In this document: positions 8,245-17,507 of the stretch, piece by piece
How the letters are laid out: every line of letters begins with the position of its first letter
How positions within the stretch are numbered: the stretch's first letter is position 1
Source: Thermoplasmatota archaeon
GTDB taxonomy: Archaea; Thermoplasmatota; Thermoplasmata; UBA10834
NCBI GenBank assembly: GCA_040751795.1
Contig: JBFMHR010000004.1
Span: 64,001 to 128,000, forward strand
Length of the DNA: 64,000 nt
Direction: 5' to 3'
Notes under the pieces: generated by a model
Database searches by the model: none
Seen by the model: the letters and a program-made list of their open reading frames with translations, nothing else
Told to the model about the DNA's origin: nothing
Position numbers and translations under genes: made by a program

Positions 8245-8781
8245 TCAGACCCATATCGCGTGCCGCTTCCTCATCTGGCCCTCGCCCTGGCCGAGCTTCT
8301 CCATCAGCCGGGCGACTATGCCGTCGAGGTAGATCAGGGTGGCGTCCTCGAAGAGCGTGCCGAGGGGCGCGAGCGTGCGCCGGTCCTCGTCCTTCGGGGG
8401 CGTTATCGATATGACGACGTTGGAGGCGCTCGCGAGCTTCGAGTGCGGGTTGGCGGTTATCGTGATGACCCTCGCGCCGACCCTCCGGACTATGTTCGCC
8501 GTCTGCACGGCCGACATGGTCTCGCCGGTGTGGGACACGATGACGACGAGGTGGCCCTCCTCGACTATCGGGGTCACGGTCTCCCCGACGAAGTAGACCT
8601 CGAGCCCCATCTGGACGAGCCTTATGGCGAACGCCTTGGCGATGAGCCCCGAGCGGCCGACCCCGTAGATGAAGACCCTCCTGGCACCGATGATGGCCTC
8701 GACGAACTCGTCCGTCCCCTCGATCTCCCCCTCGAGGGTCCTGCCAATCATCCTGACTATGTACTCGGTGCTCTCCTTCAT
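8245..8781 (-). CDS. hxlB: 6-phospho-3-hexuloisomerase (SIS domain)
   Basis: FIYGVGRSGLIAKAFAIRL, VGETVTP, SHTGET, LAPLGTLFE, RH at C-terminus. Confidence 0.88.
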   Translation of the reverse strand: MKESTEYIVRMIGRTLEGEIEGTDEFVEAIIGARRVFIYGVGRSGLIAKAFAIRLVQMGLEVYFVGETVTPIVEEGHLVVIVSHTGETMSAVQTANIVRRVGARVITITANPHSKLASASNVVISITPPKDEDRRTLAPLGTLFEDATLIYLDGIVARLMEKLGQGEGQMRKRHAIWV

Positions 8782-9827
8782 CTCGACCCGGCCTTCTCCT
8801 TCTTGTTGTTCACGGTCTCCTTGCCCTCCCTCGAGACCCTCTTGGAGAGGACCCTCTCCAGTATGACCTTCATGTACATCGCGTCGTGCTCGAGCAGCGG
8901 GGAGCCGGATATGATCGTGATGGGGTCGTTCCTGTCGACCAAGGCCTCGGCCAGCGGCTCGAACCTGAGGTCCCCCTTCTTGATGGAGGTGTAGCGCTTC
9001 TCGTTGCCGTCCTCGTGCTCGACGCCCGAGAAGTGGGTGTAGAACTCCCCGTCGGAGAGGTCGGACAGCGAGTCCAGGAGCTCGTCGAAGTCCTTCGGCT
9101 CCTTGAGCTTACCGTGCTCGCGCGCGTGGTAGTGCGCGAAGTTGACCACCGGGACGACGCCCTCGATCTCCTTGCACAGCTTCGCGACCTCGGGGAGGGA
9201 CCCGAAGATCTCCCTGCGCCCGCTGAGCTCGAGCCCTATCGGGGCCTTGATCCTCTGCTTCTTGTACCAGGCCGAGAGCTCCTTGACCCTGCCCCTGATG
9301 CGCTTGAAGGCGGTCTTGTCGTCCACGTCCCCGTACAGCCCGAGGTGGGTGACGACCATCGAGCCCCCGAGGGCCTTGGCGATGATGCCGCCCCACCTGA
9401 TCGAGTCCATGCTCTTGAACGAGAGCTCCCCCTCGCTGACGAGGTCCATGTAGTAGGGCGTGTGGATCGACATGGCCACGTCGAGCTCGTCGGCCATCAC
9501 CCTGAGCTTGTCCAGGTCCTGGTAGTTGGTGGCCAGGCCGCTCGTGAGGGCGACCAGGGTGTCCTCGGCCTTTATGGGGGTGTCGAGGTCGTACAGGACC
9601 TCCTCCTTCACCCCCTTCTTGCGCACGATCTCGATGACCATGTCGCTGGTGAGCTCGAGGGGGGTCATGCCGACCTCCTCGGGCTCGGCCGTGCGCTCCT
9701 GGACGCTAGCCCTGACGAGCTGCGTCTCGAGGGCCGTGAGGCCGAGGTGGTGGACGTCCTCGATTCCGTCCTTCAATGTGCGCCCCTTGCAGGAGAGTGG
9801 GATTCCCGCGGGGCCAAAACGTATCAT
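8778..9827 (-). CDS. Endonuclease IV-like TIM-barrel protein (AP endonuclease family 2)
   Basis: MIRFGPAGIP, SIHTPYY, HLG, NFAH.HAR, HFSGVE, IIS.SPLLEHDA. Confidence 0.8.
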   Translation of the reverse strand: MIRFGPAGIPLSCKGRTLKDGIEDVHHLGLTALETQLVRASVQERTAEPEEVGMTPLELTSDMVIEIVRKKGVKEEVLYDLDTPIKAEDTLVALTSGLATNYQDLDKLRVMADELDVAMSIHTPYYMDLVSEGELSFKSMDSIRWGGIIAKALGGSMVVTHLGLYGDVDDKTAFKRIRGRVKELSAWYKKQRIKAPIGLELSGRREIFGSLPEVAKLCKEIEGVVPVVNFAHYHAREHGKLKEPKDFDELLDSLSDLSDGEFYTHFSGVEHEDGNEKRYTSIKKGDLRFEPLAEALVDRNDPITIISGSPLLEHDAMYMKVILERVLSKRVSREGKETVNNKKEKAGSR

Positions 9828-9983
9828 CAGAGACCACTGATATGAGCTGAGTTTCCGGAGTATGCCTTATGGCGTATATATCTATTCGTGGACGTCGTAT
9901 ATTGGTCCGCCCGCCCGCCAGCCCGCGCCCTCGCGCCCCGCGCGGCGTGGCGGATGACATCTGGCCAGGGTCCCGGGGGCATC

Positions 9984-9997
9984 CAAAGCTTTATAAA
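9984..9997 (+). promoter_or_regulatory. BRE/TATA promoter of the ribosomal protein operon
   Basis: CAAAGC-TTTATAAA about 50 nt upstream of the rpl18e ATG in a GC-rich background. Confidence 0.6.
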
Positions 9998-10046
9998 CGG
10001 TTCCCCCATTTACTCGCCTGCTCTCTGGTTGTCGGAGGAGTCAGAT

Positions 10047-10412
10047 ATGGGTAAGATCTCTAAGAAGACGAATCCCAACCTCGTAGGCCTGATCAAGCGT
10101 CTCAAGGACGCGAGCAGGACCAACGAGGCACCTGTCTGGCGAGACATCGCAGCACGCCTGGAGGGCCCTCAGCGGAACTGGGCCGAGGTCAACGTCGGGA
10201 AGCTCCACCTCTATGCGGAGGAGGACGACGTGATCGTGGTCCCGGGGAAGCTCCTGGGCTCGGGCGAGCTCGCGAAGAAGCTCACCGTCGCGGCATACAG
10301 GTCATCGGGACAGGCGAAGGACAAGGTTGCGAAGGCGGGCGGGACAAGCATGTCCATAGAGGAGCTCATGGCTAAGTACCCCAAGGGCTCCAAAGTCAAG
10401 ATCATGGGGTGA
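10047..10412 (+). CDS. rpl18e: 50S ribosomal protein L18e
   Basis: KTNPNL..LI..L, APVWRDIA.RL, AEVNVGKL, VVPGKLLGSG; GGAGG RBS upstream. Confidence 0.96.
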   Translation: MGKISKKTNPNLVGLIKRLKDASRTNEAPVWRDIAARLEGPQRNWAEVNVGKLHLYAEEDDVIVVPGKLLGSGELAKKLTVAAYRSSGQAKDKVAKAGGTSMSIEELMAKYPKGSKVKIMG

Positions 10413-10417
10413 AGGCC

Positions 10418-10843
10418 ATGGCCGTCATAGATGCAGAAGGGCTCGTGCTAGGGAGGCTCAGCACCCACGTCGCAAAGCGCCTCCTCAGCGGCGAGGAGAT
10501 CGTCATAGTCAACGCCGAGAAGGCCGTCATCTCGGGCGACAAGGTCCAGTTGCTCGCTCACTACAAGCACAGGAGGGAGAGGGGCACGAGGAACCACGGG
10601 CCGTTCTTCCCGCGCGACGCCGACGCGATCCTCAAGAGGACCGTCCGTGGGATGCTCGAGCACAAGAAGCCCTCGGGACGCGCCGCCTACAGGCGCCTCA
10701 AGGTCTACGTGGGCGTCCCGAAAGGGCTCCAGGCCGAGAAGGCTGAGACCCTCGAGTCGGCGAAGAAGCCCCAGCTGTCCAAGTACACGACCCTTGCTGC
10801 GATATCCAAGGAGCTCGGGTCCAAGAGGGAGGTCCGCACATGA
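10418..10843 (+). CDS. rpl13: 50S ribosomal protein uL13
   Basis: [49 protein letters not shown]. Confidence 0.96.
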   Translation: MAVIDAEGLVLGRLSTHVAKRLLSGEEIVIVNAEKAVISGDKVQLLAHYKHRRERGTRNHGPFFPRDADAILKRTVRGMLEHKKPSGRAAYRRLKVYVGVPKGLQAEKAETLESAKKPQLSKYTTLAAISKELGSKREVRT

Positions 10844-11238
10844 AGGTCGTAGTCGCCAGTGGCAAGAGGAAGAGCGCGGTCGCGAGGGCCAGCGTCAGGA
10901 AGGGCCGCGGTCTCGTCAGGATCAACAGCGTCCCGGTCGAGATATACGAGCCGTCCCTCGCGAGGACGAAGATCATGGAGCCGCTGACGCTCGCAGGCGA
11001 CAAGTCCACGAAGGTGGACATCGACGTGAACGTCGAGGGCGGCGGTGTCATGGGCCAGGCGACCGCCTCCAGGACCGCGATAGCCAAGGGGCTGGTCCAG
11101 TTCCTGGAGGACCAGGACCTCGAGGCCATGTTCATGAGGTACGACCGCTCGCTCCTCGTCTCGGACGCGAGGAGGAAGCTGCCGAAGAAGCCTCTGGGCA
11201 GGGGCGCGAGGAAGAAGAGGCAGAAGTCGTACAGGTGA
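10840..11238 (+). CDS. rps9: 30S ribosomal protein uS9
   Basis: [35 protein letters not shown]...QKSYR. Confidence 0.97.
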   Translation: MKVVVASGKRKSAVARASVRKGRGLVRINSVPVEIYEPSLARTKIMEPLTLAGDKSTKVDIDVNVEGGGVMGQATASRTAIAKGLVQFLEDQDLEAMFMRYDRSLLVSDARRKLPKKPLGRGARKKRQKSYR

Positions 11239-11245
11239 TGTTGAG

Positions 11246-11434
11246 ATGATCATACCCGTAAGATGCTTCACGTGCGGCAAGGTCATAGGCAGCGCCTTCG
11301 AGGAGTTCGTGAAGAGGGTCGACATGGGGGAGCCGCCGAGGGACGTCCTCGACGCCCTCCACCTGGACCGGTACTGCTGCCGCAGGATGATCCTCACCCA
11401 CGCAAACCTCATAGACGAGGTCGCGCCCTACTGA
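11246..11434 (+). CDS. rpoN: DNA-directed RNA polymerase subunit N (Rpo10)
   Basis: [14 protein letters not shown]...[11 protein letters not shown]. Confidence 0.97.
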   Translation: MIIPVRCFTCGKVIGSAFEEFVKRVDMGEPPRDVLDALHLDRYCCRRMILTHANLIDEVAPY

Positions 11435-11462
11435 GGGCGCCCTCGGCAACCATTTCTCCCAC

Positions 11463-11535
11463 GGGCCCGTGGGGTAGCTTGGTATCCTTCCAGCTTGGGG
11501 TGCTGGTGACTCGCGTTCAAATCGCGACGGGCCCA
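11463..11535 (+). tRNA. tRNA-Pro (GGG)
   Basis: GGGCCCG/CGGGCCC-A acceptor stem, anticodon arm CCAGC-TTGGGGT-GCTGG, T-loop GTTCAAATC; CCA not encoded. Confidence 0.93.
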
Positions 11536-11536
11536 C
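11515..11536 (+). repeat. attL-like 22-bp direct repeat (3' end of tRNA-Pro)
   Basis: GTTCAAATCGCGACGGGCCCAC, identical to 12724-12745. Confidence 0.9.
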
Positions 11537-11687
11537 ATGGCCATTTAGTCAATTAGCAGGAATTGGGATTTCAGTCACATAGGGCGCCAGTGATTGTCTT
11601 CAGAGCAAGACATTGGCTTTGGTGAATACTCGGAAATGCCCCTAAGGCAGCCAATCTGTTTATTAGCGCGGTTTTGGATGACAAGCT

Positions 11688-12608
11688 GTGAACAGCCGCA
11701 ACCACGGCAACGTCGGAGCTGCGGCAGCCACGAGGCCACTTCTAATTGCCATCATGGTTACGAGCTCGTTCACGGTCATTGAGTTCATTGGCGGCATCCT
11801 GACCGACAGCCTGGCATTGATGAGCGACGCTGGTCACATGTTCACCGATACTCTCGCTCTGGCTTTGAGCCTAGGGGCCATGAGGGTGGCTATGCGCCCG
11901 TCCAGCGAGGAGATGACCTTTGGCTTCCTTCGAGCGGAGATCCTGGCTGCGTTGGTCAACGGCGCCACTCTGATTCTTGTGTCGCTGTTGATCTTCTCCG
12001 AGGCCCTCGAGCGAATCCTGGAACCGCCAGAGATAGAAGCTCCTCTTATGCTTCTTGTCGCCGTCCTCGGCCTCGCGGCAAATGCAGCAGGCATCTACCT
12101 GCTTCACGACAAGTCCAAGGGGAGTCTCAATGTCAGGGGTGCCTTCCTGCATATGCTCGGGGACCTTCTGTCCTCAATCGCAGTCATTGTCGGAGCGCTT
12201 CTCATCATGCTCTTTGACTTGAGGATTGCCGACCCATTATTGGGCATTCTGATCGGTGCCATCATACTGTACGGCTCCTGGAAACTCGTGACCCAATCGA
12301 CAGCCATCTTGCTGGAATCAGTCCCAAGCCATCTGAAGCTCGGAGACATACGGATGTCACTTCAGAGTGTTGGGGGAGTTGTTGAGATACACGATCTCCA
12401 TGTGTGGACGCTAACATCAGGTCTCCACGCGATGAGTGCGCATGTCGTAGTGGAGGACAGGCGGATCAGTGACTGCGCAGGGATCGTCCAGGAGTGCGAA
12501 AGGCTACTCAAAGAGCGATTCTCGATATCGCACACGACATTTCAGCTAGAGTTCAAGACCTGCGGAGAGAACGCATGTGTGTTTGTCTCTACCCGGCCAC
12601 TACATTGA
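11688..12608 (+). CDS. Cation diffusion facilitator (CzcD/ZitB-like Zn/Co/Cd exporter)
   Basis: SLALMSDAGHMFTD, TFGFLRAEILAALVNG, LNVRGAFLHMLGDLL, IHDLHVW, HTTFQLE. Confidence 0.93.
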   Translation: MNSRNHGNVGAAAATRPLLIAIMVTSSFTVIEFIGGILTDSLALMSDAGHMFTDTLALALSLGAMRVAMRPSSEEMTFGFLRAEILAALVNGATLILVSLLIFSEALERILEPPEIEAPLMLLVAVLGLAANAAGIYLLHDKSKGSLNVRGAFLHMLGDLLSSIAVIVGALLIMLFDLRIADPLLGILIGAIILYGSWKLVTQSTAILLESVPSHLKLGDIRMSLQSVGGVVEIHDLHVWTLTSGLHAMSAHVVVEDRRISDCAGIVQECERLLKERFSISHTTFQLEFKTCGENACVFVSTRPLH

Positions 12609-12723
12609 GGGATGTCCAATCTGATTGAAGTAGGTGAGCGGCCCGAAGGGTCCAGAGGGCAGCGGGGCGAATCCCAATCCGCGCGAATAGAGCATTTAGC
12701 CAGTAGTGCCTGTCGCGGCTCAG

Positions 12724-12745
12724 GTTCAAATCGCGACGGGCCCAC
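12724..12745 (+). repeat. attR-like 22-bp direct repeat (duplicated tRNA-Pro 3' end)
   Basis: GTTCAAATCGCGACGGGCCCAC, identical to 11515-11536. Confidence 0.9.
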
Positions 12746-12806
12746 TCGGGCAACTTCGTTGAGGGGCTGCGTGTCGGGCAGGCAGGTCTATATAGGCCGG
12801 CGTCAT

Positions 12807-12823
12807 TGACTGACGGTCAGTCA
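12807..12823. promoter_or_regulatory. Putative TetR-family operator (perfect inverted repeat)
   Basis: TGACTGAC-G-GTCAGTCA between a TATA-like TCTATATA (12787-12794) and the tetR ATG (12833). Confidence 0.7.
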
Positions 12824-12832
12824 GGTGTGCCG

Positions 12833-13516
12833 ATGCCACGCGTCACGAAGGAGCGGGATGAGCGAAGGGAGGAGTTCATAGAGGCCTCGAAGGCCCTCTT
12901 CAACAAGAAGGGCTTCGAGAATACGACGGTGGACGACATAGTCGATGCGGTGGGAGTCGCGAAGGGCCTCTTCTACTACTACTTCGAATCGAAGGACGCC
13001 CTCCTCGATGAGATCACGGATGCTTTCGTGCAGGAGATCAAGATGGCCATCACCAGTGCAGCCTCCCGCGGGGACCTTTCGGCGGTCGCCAAGATGGAGC
13101 TGCTGCTCGAGGCTTCTGGCGACATCAAGGTGAAGTCGATGGCCCTTGTGAGATACTTCCACGAGGCGAGGAACAGGCACCTGCACCTGGCGGTCGAGGA
13201 GCGCGTGATGGAGTTCCTGGTCCCCGCCCTCCAGGACATCATCCGACAGGGGGTCGAGGAGGGGGTCTTCGATACCAAGCAACCTCACCATGCGTCCCTG
13301 GCCATCATCGGCGCAGGGAGGGCGATATCCCACGAGTGGACGGACCGACTCTCGGCGGGGGAGGTGATGGAGATGGTCTCCGCGTACCAGGCCTTGGCCG
13401 AGAGGATGCTCGGCGCCCGCCCAGGCACCCTTGACGTCTACAGCCGTTTGGTGAAGAAGAACCTGGCCAAGGTCACATCGTCAGGCCGAAGGGGCCCGAG
13501 GAGGCAGGGGAAGTGA
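12833..13516 (+). CDS. TetR/AcrR family transcriptional regulator
   Basis: RREEFIEAS..LF.KKGFENTTVDDIV..VGVAKGLFYYYFESKDALL HTH. Confidence 0.93.
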   Translation: MPRVTKERDERREEFIEASKALFNKKGFENTTVDDIVDAVGVAKGLFYYYFESKDALLDEITDAFVQEIKMAITSAASRGDLSAVAKMELLLEASGDIKVKSMALVRYFHEARNRHLHLAVEERVMEFLVPALQDIIRQGVEEGVFDTKQPHHASLAIIGAGRAISHEWTDRLSAGEVMEMVSAYQALAERMLGARPGTLDVYSRLVKKNLAKVTSSGRRGPRRQGK

Positions 13517-15078
13517 GCGACGGGACCCAGGACGCCAGCGGCGGCGGTGCGGCGAGGGACGCCGGCTCACGGAGGTTCATAATGGCCGGGTTGACGCTGG
13601 GGCTGCTCCTCGCTAGCCTGGACCAGACCATTGTGGGCACGAGCCTCCCCAAGATCGTGGGCGAACTCGGAGGCCTCGACAGGTTCTCTTGGCTGTTCAG
13701 CGCGTACATGCTCGCCGCGACCATAATGATCCCCATGGCGGGGAAGATGAGCGACAGGTACGGCCGCAGGCCGGTCTTCCTCCTCGGCATGGTCTTCTTC
13801 CTCTCGGGCTCCGCTCTCTCCGGCCTCGCCCAGGACATGGACCAGCTCATCATCTTCCGGTTCGTCCAAGGGTTCGGAGGCGGCGCGATGTTCCCCGTTG
13901 CGGTCGCGACGGTCGCCGACCTGTACGCGCCCTCCGAGCGCGGCAAGATGCAGGGGGGGCTGGGCGCGGTCTTCGCGCTGGCGAGCATAATAGGGCCGTT
14001 CGTGGGCGGGTGGATCGTGGACAACATCGACTGGAGGTGGGTGTTCTACGTGAACCTCCCGATCGGCGTGGCTGCCATAGCGGTCACCTCGGTCAAGTTC
14101 CCGAGGGTCCGGGCCGACTCGCGGCAGCCCGTGGACTACCTGGGGATAGCCCTGCTCACGGCCGCCCTCTCCGCGGGCCTTCTGATAACGTTCTGGGGCG
14201 GCACGACGTACGGGTGGGCGAGCATCGAGATACTGTCACTGGGCGTCGTCTGCGCCCTGCTCTCGGTCGCCTTCATCTACGTCGAGACCACCGCCGCGGA
14301 CCCGATGCTGCCGCTCAGCCTGTTCAGGGAGCCGGTCTTCGCGCTCAGCTCCCTCTCCCTGATGGTCATGGTGATGGGCCTCCTCGGCGTGGTGGCGTTC
14401 CTCCCGCTGTTCCTGCAGGCCATCATCGGCATGTCCGCGACGTACAGCGGGGAGCTGCTCGTCCCGCTCATGCTGACCTCGATGGCGGGGGCCATAGTCA
14501 GCGGGTTGATGCTCAAGAAGACGGGCTACAAGGTCTGGATCCTCGCGGGTCCGCTCATCGCGGCGCTGGGGCTCTACCTCCTCTCGACGCTCCACAGCGA
14601 GAGCGGCGCCCTCGAGGCCGTCGCCTATCTCATGGTCTCCGGCCTCGGGCTGGGGTTCACGATGGCCAACTACGTGGTCGCGGGTCAGAACGTCGTTTCG
14701 AGGGAGATGATGGGTGTCGCCTCCTCGACGCTCACGCTCTTCAGGACGCTCGGCGGCACCATAGGGGTCACCGTCCTGGGAGTCGTGGTGAACAGGCGGT
14801 TCTCCGCCGAGCTGTCGGGAACCATCCCGCCCGGGTGGGAGTCCCTCGAGTCCCAGGACATGAGCACTCTGGGGAACCTCCTGCTCAGCGCGGAGGGGGA
14901 TGCGTTCCCTCCAGAGGTCATCGAGGGAATCAGGACCGCCCTCAGCGAGAGCATCACCTTCGCCTTCCTCGTGAGCGCCTTCGTGGTCCTCGGTGCCTTC
15001 GTGGTGACGCTATTCATCAAGAACGTGCCCCTGAAGAGCGTCGAGGAGCCGTCCGAGGGAGGGGACCCGCCTCGCTGA
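13513..15078 (+). CDS. MFS drug efflux transporter, DHA2 (EmrB/QacA) family
   Basis: LDQTIVGTSLP, GKMSDRYGRR, FRFVQGFGGG, WRWVFYVNLPIG; about 14 TMs; overlaps the tetR stop. Confidence 0.93.
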   Translation: MSDGTQDASGGGAARDAGSRRFIMAGLTLGLLLASLDQTIVGTSLPKIVGELGGLDRFSWLFSAYMLAATIMIPMAGKMSDRYGRRPVFLLGMVFFLSGSALSGLAQDMDQLIIFRFVQGFGGGAMFPVAVATVADLYAPSERGKMQGGLGAVFALASIIGPFVGGWIVDNIDWRWVFYVNLPIGVAAIAVTSVKFPRVRADSRQPVDYLGIALLTAALSAGLLITFWGGTTYGWASIEILSLGVVCALLSVAFIYVETTAADPMLPLSLFREPVFALSSLSLMVMVMGLLGVVAFLPLFLQAIIGMSATYSGELLVPLMLTSMAGAIVSGLMLKKTGYKVWILAGPLIAALGLYLLSTLHSESGALEAVAYLMVSGLGLGFTMANYVVAGQNVVSREMMGVASSTLTLFRTLGGTIGVTVLGVVVNRRFSAELSGTIPPGWESLESQDMSTLGNLLLSAEGDAFPPEVIEGIRTALSESITFAFLVSAFVVLGAFVVTLFIKNVPLKSVEEPSEGGDPPR

Positions 15079-15180
15079 GATGGAGGAAGATGTCCGGCTC
15101 GCTTGCCGTGGCCGAGTCCTACGGGGGGGGGAGGTGCGCCTTCAAGATTGTCGGATTCCCGCGCCCCTGCTTGGTCGGCG

Positions 15181-15420
15181 CTACACCCCAGTCCTGTTCT
15201 GCGTGTCCTCTCCGGGGAACGGTTCGTCGTCGAACGGGTTGCAGTTGTTGTCGTCGTAGTACCCGTCGTCCTCGCCGTGGGTGAGCTGGTTCTGGTCCCC
15301 TCCCGCGAGTGCCACGCCTATCCCGGACACCGCCACCGCGGCGAGGGCGACCGCGATCCCGATCGTCAGCGCCCTCTTCCCGAAGCGACCCCTGCGTTCC
15401 CCATCCTTCCCTATCCTCAT
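15181..15420 (-). CDS. Small secreted acidic peptide/protein (hypothetical)
   Basis: Basic N-region, hydrophobic core ending in VALA, then about 40 Asp/Asn/Glu-rich residues; alternative start 15456. Confidence 0.55.
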   Translation of the reverse strand: MRIGKDGERRGRFGKRALTIGIAVALAAVAVSGIGVALAGGDQNQLTHGEDDGYYDDNNCNPFDDEPFPGEDTQNRTGV

Positions 15421-15547
15421 GCGGCCGTCCGAGCCCCTCTCGAGTCTGATGCCCATGCTGAGCGGGAGCGGCCGGCGGGGTACAAGAACCTGGGCAGCAG
15501 ATTTGCAGTGGTTATATCAATTGTGATAACGCGGCCCGCCCGCCAGC

Positions 15548-17365
15548 TCACCGCTTGTGGTTGCTGCCGTTGCCGGCCTTCTTGAGGAGGACGACCATCA
15601 CCGTCCCCTTGGTGTAGTCACCGGCCGCCCGGTTCTCCGCCCAGACGAGCCCGCCGCAGGCCCTCGCGATCCTCCGCACGACGAACAGGCCCAGGCCGGT
15701 CCCGGCGACGCCGGTGTCCCCACGGTAGTACCTCTCGAAGATCTTCTCCTTCTCTCCCTCGGGTATCCCCTTGCCGCGGTCCGCCACCCGAATCGACCAG
15801 TACTCGGTCCCCTTGTGGGTGACGGGCTCGATCGTGACGTCGATGACGACCTCCTCCGCCGGGTCGAACTTGGCCGCGTTGGTCAGGAGGTTCACGAACA
15901 TCCTCATCAGGAGGGTGCTCCCCTCGACGTAGCAAGTGGGCCCGGGCTTCTTGACCGATATGCTGATGCGCTTGTCCGGGTAGAGCCTCCTGGCCTCGTC
16001 TATGGCCTCGTCGCACATGCTGCATATGTCCGTGGCGTCGCGGCACTCCCCTTCCCCGAGCGCCTCGGCCCGGGAGAGGTCCCTTATCACCGACGCCAGC
16101 TCGTAGGCCCCGCGGACGTCCTTCGCGACGATCTCGATGGCCTTCCTCTCGTCCTCCGTCAGGCCCCGGGACCCCGGCATCTTGTCCAGGAAGTGCATCG
16201 CGGCCGACATGTAGTTCACTATGTCGTGCGACAGTACGTCGTTGAAGAACTCGCACTCCGTCTTCGCCTCCTCCATCTTGGTCTTCAGGAGGTTGCGTTC
16301 GGTGACGTCCCGCACGAACAAGTGGACGCTCCGCTCGGGGTGCGTCTCGTGCAGCCTGGCCGACACCTCCCCGACGACCTTCCCGCCCTTCTTCTTGACG
16401 AAGTCGAACTCCTGGTTCCTGAGCACGCCCTCCTTGTTCACGAGCCAGACGCACCTCTCCCAGGCGTTGGCCCCGCCCAGGAGCAGCCTCGAGACGTTGC
16501 ACGACTCGAGGCGGTCCTCGGGGCCGTACCCGAGCATGGCGAGGGCGGCCTCGTTGAGCGACGAGATGGTCCCGTCCAGGAGGCAGACTATGATCGGGTC
16601 GGGGGAGAGGTTGACCAGGGCCCTGTACGCGTCCTCCGACCTCTGGAGCTCCTCCGCCCTCCTCCTCACCTGCCTCTCGAGGTCGAGGTTGAGGTTCTGC
16701 AGGTCCAGGTTCCTCGTGAGTATCTCGTCGTTCAGGCGGAGGGTGTGCTCGGAGACGGACTCCCTGTCCGCCTCGGTGGCGTGCCCGAGCCTCTGCAGCA
16801 CGGCCCTCTTCCCGACGACGAACCTGCACTCGGGGTCCCCGGCCGCCGTGCACGTTCTCTCCATGGCGACTATCTCGCCCAGTCCGTCACAGTCGACCCC
16901 CCCGAAGACATGCTTCCCCGCGCCCGCGAGCAGGCCGCAGATGAACGAGCACGAGGGCCCCTTCTGGATATCGCCGTGGCTGAGGTACCCCATGGCCTCG
17001 AGCGAGTCGGGGCAGGTCACCTCCATCGACGACCCCTCGGCATCGAAGGCGACGACCTTGAATGTGGCCAGCCCGTCGCGGGCGAAGGCGTCGACGAGGA
17101 GGTCCATCAGGGCGCGCGGGTCGGATGCGTCCGCGTCGGAGAACTCCCGGTGCATGTAGCAGTGGAACATCTCGGCGCCGGCCCTGTACGTGAGGTCCTT
17201 CTCGAACCGTCCGACGTCGCTCCTGAGGGTCCTCTTCAGCGCGCACAGCGTATGGGCTGTGTTGGCAAGGACCCTGTCTGAGACTGTCTTCCCCTGTCCG
17301 GATTCGGGGCCCGGCTCGGCCTGCCCCGACTCGCGGCCGCTGTCCCGTCCGCTCAGTTGACCCAC
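15548..17365 (-). CDS. Sensor histidine kinase with V4R and PAS domains
   Basis: V4R-like C..ICGLLAG...E..C...GDPECRF, coiled coil, PAS (SPDPII...LNEAALAMLGY...RDVTER), H-box SHDIVN, N-box NLLTNAAKF, DRGKGI, GTGLGL. Confidence 0.88.
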   Translation of the reverse strand: MGQLSGRDSGRESGQAEPGPESGQGKTVSDRVLANTAHTLCALKRTLRSDVGRFEKDLTYRAGAEMFHCYMHREFSDADASDPRALMDLLVDAFARDGLATFKVVAFDAEGSSMEVTCPDSLEAMGYLSHGDIQKGPSCSFICGLLAGAGKHVFGGVDCDGLGEIVAMERTCTAAGDPECRFVVGKRAVLQRLGHATEADRESVSEHTLRLNDEILTRNLDLQNLNLDLERQVRRRAEELQRSEDAYRALVNLSPDPIIVCLLDGTISSLNEAALAMLGYGPEDRLESCNVSRLLLGGANAWERCVWLVNKEGVLRNQEFDFVKKKGGKVVGEVSARLHETHPERSVHLFVRDVTERNLLKTKMEEAKTECEFFNDVLSHDIVNYMSAAMHFLDKMPGSRGLTEDERKAIEIVAKDVRGAYELASVIRDLSRAEALGEGECRDATDICSMCDEAIDEARRLYPDKRISISVKKPGPTCYVEGSTLLMRMFVNLLTNAAKFDPAEEVVIDVTIEPVTHKGTEYWSIRVADRGKGIPEGEKEKIFERYYRGDTGVAGTGLGLFVVRRIARACGGLVWAENRAAGDYTKGTVMVVLLKKAGNGSNHKR

Positions 17366-17507
17366 CTTAGGAAGAGTGCCCTGCCCCGTCCACAGGGGCC
17401 CGGGTGCGCCCTCGTTGGTAGTGTGTCAGCGATAGCTAGGTTAAATATCTTCGCCGCTACGGGCGCCAAGTGCGCCGGGGAGGGGGGATAGCTTCATAAA
17501 CTCCCGC

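Larger units (their letters stand above)
11515..12745. mobile_element. tRNA-Pro-integrated mini genomic islet (no integrase) carrying a CDF transporter
   Basis: Flanked by perfect 22-bp direct repeats of the tRNA 3' end; the interior is visibly AT-richer with many A/T-ending codons compared with the flanks. Confidence 0.8.

Noticed and set aside
12630-12685. Short GC hairpins (GGCCCGAAGGGTC; GCGG...CCGC) inside the islet as a possible ncRNA or second tRNA
   Set aside because: No cloverleaf or recognisable family; stems are too short to support a call without covariation data
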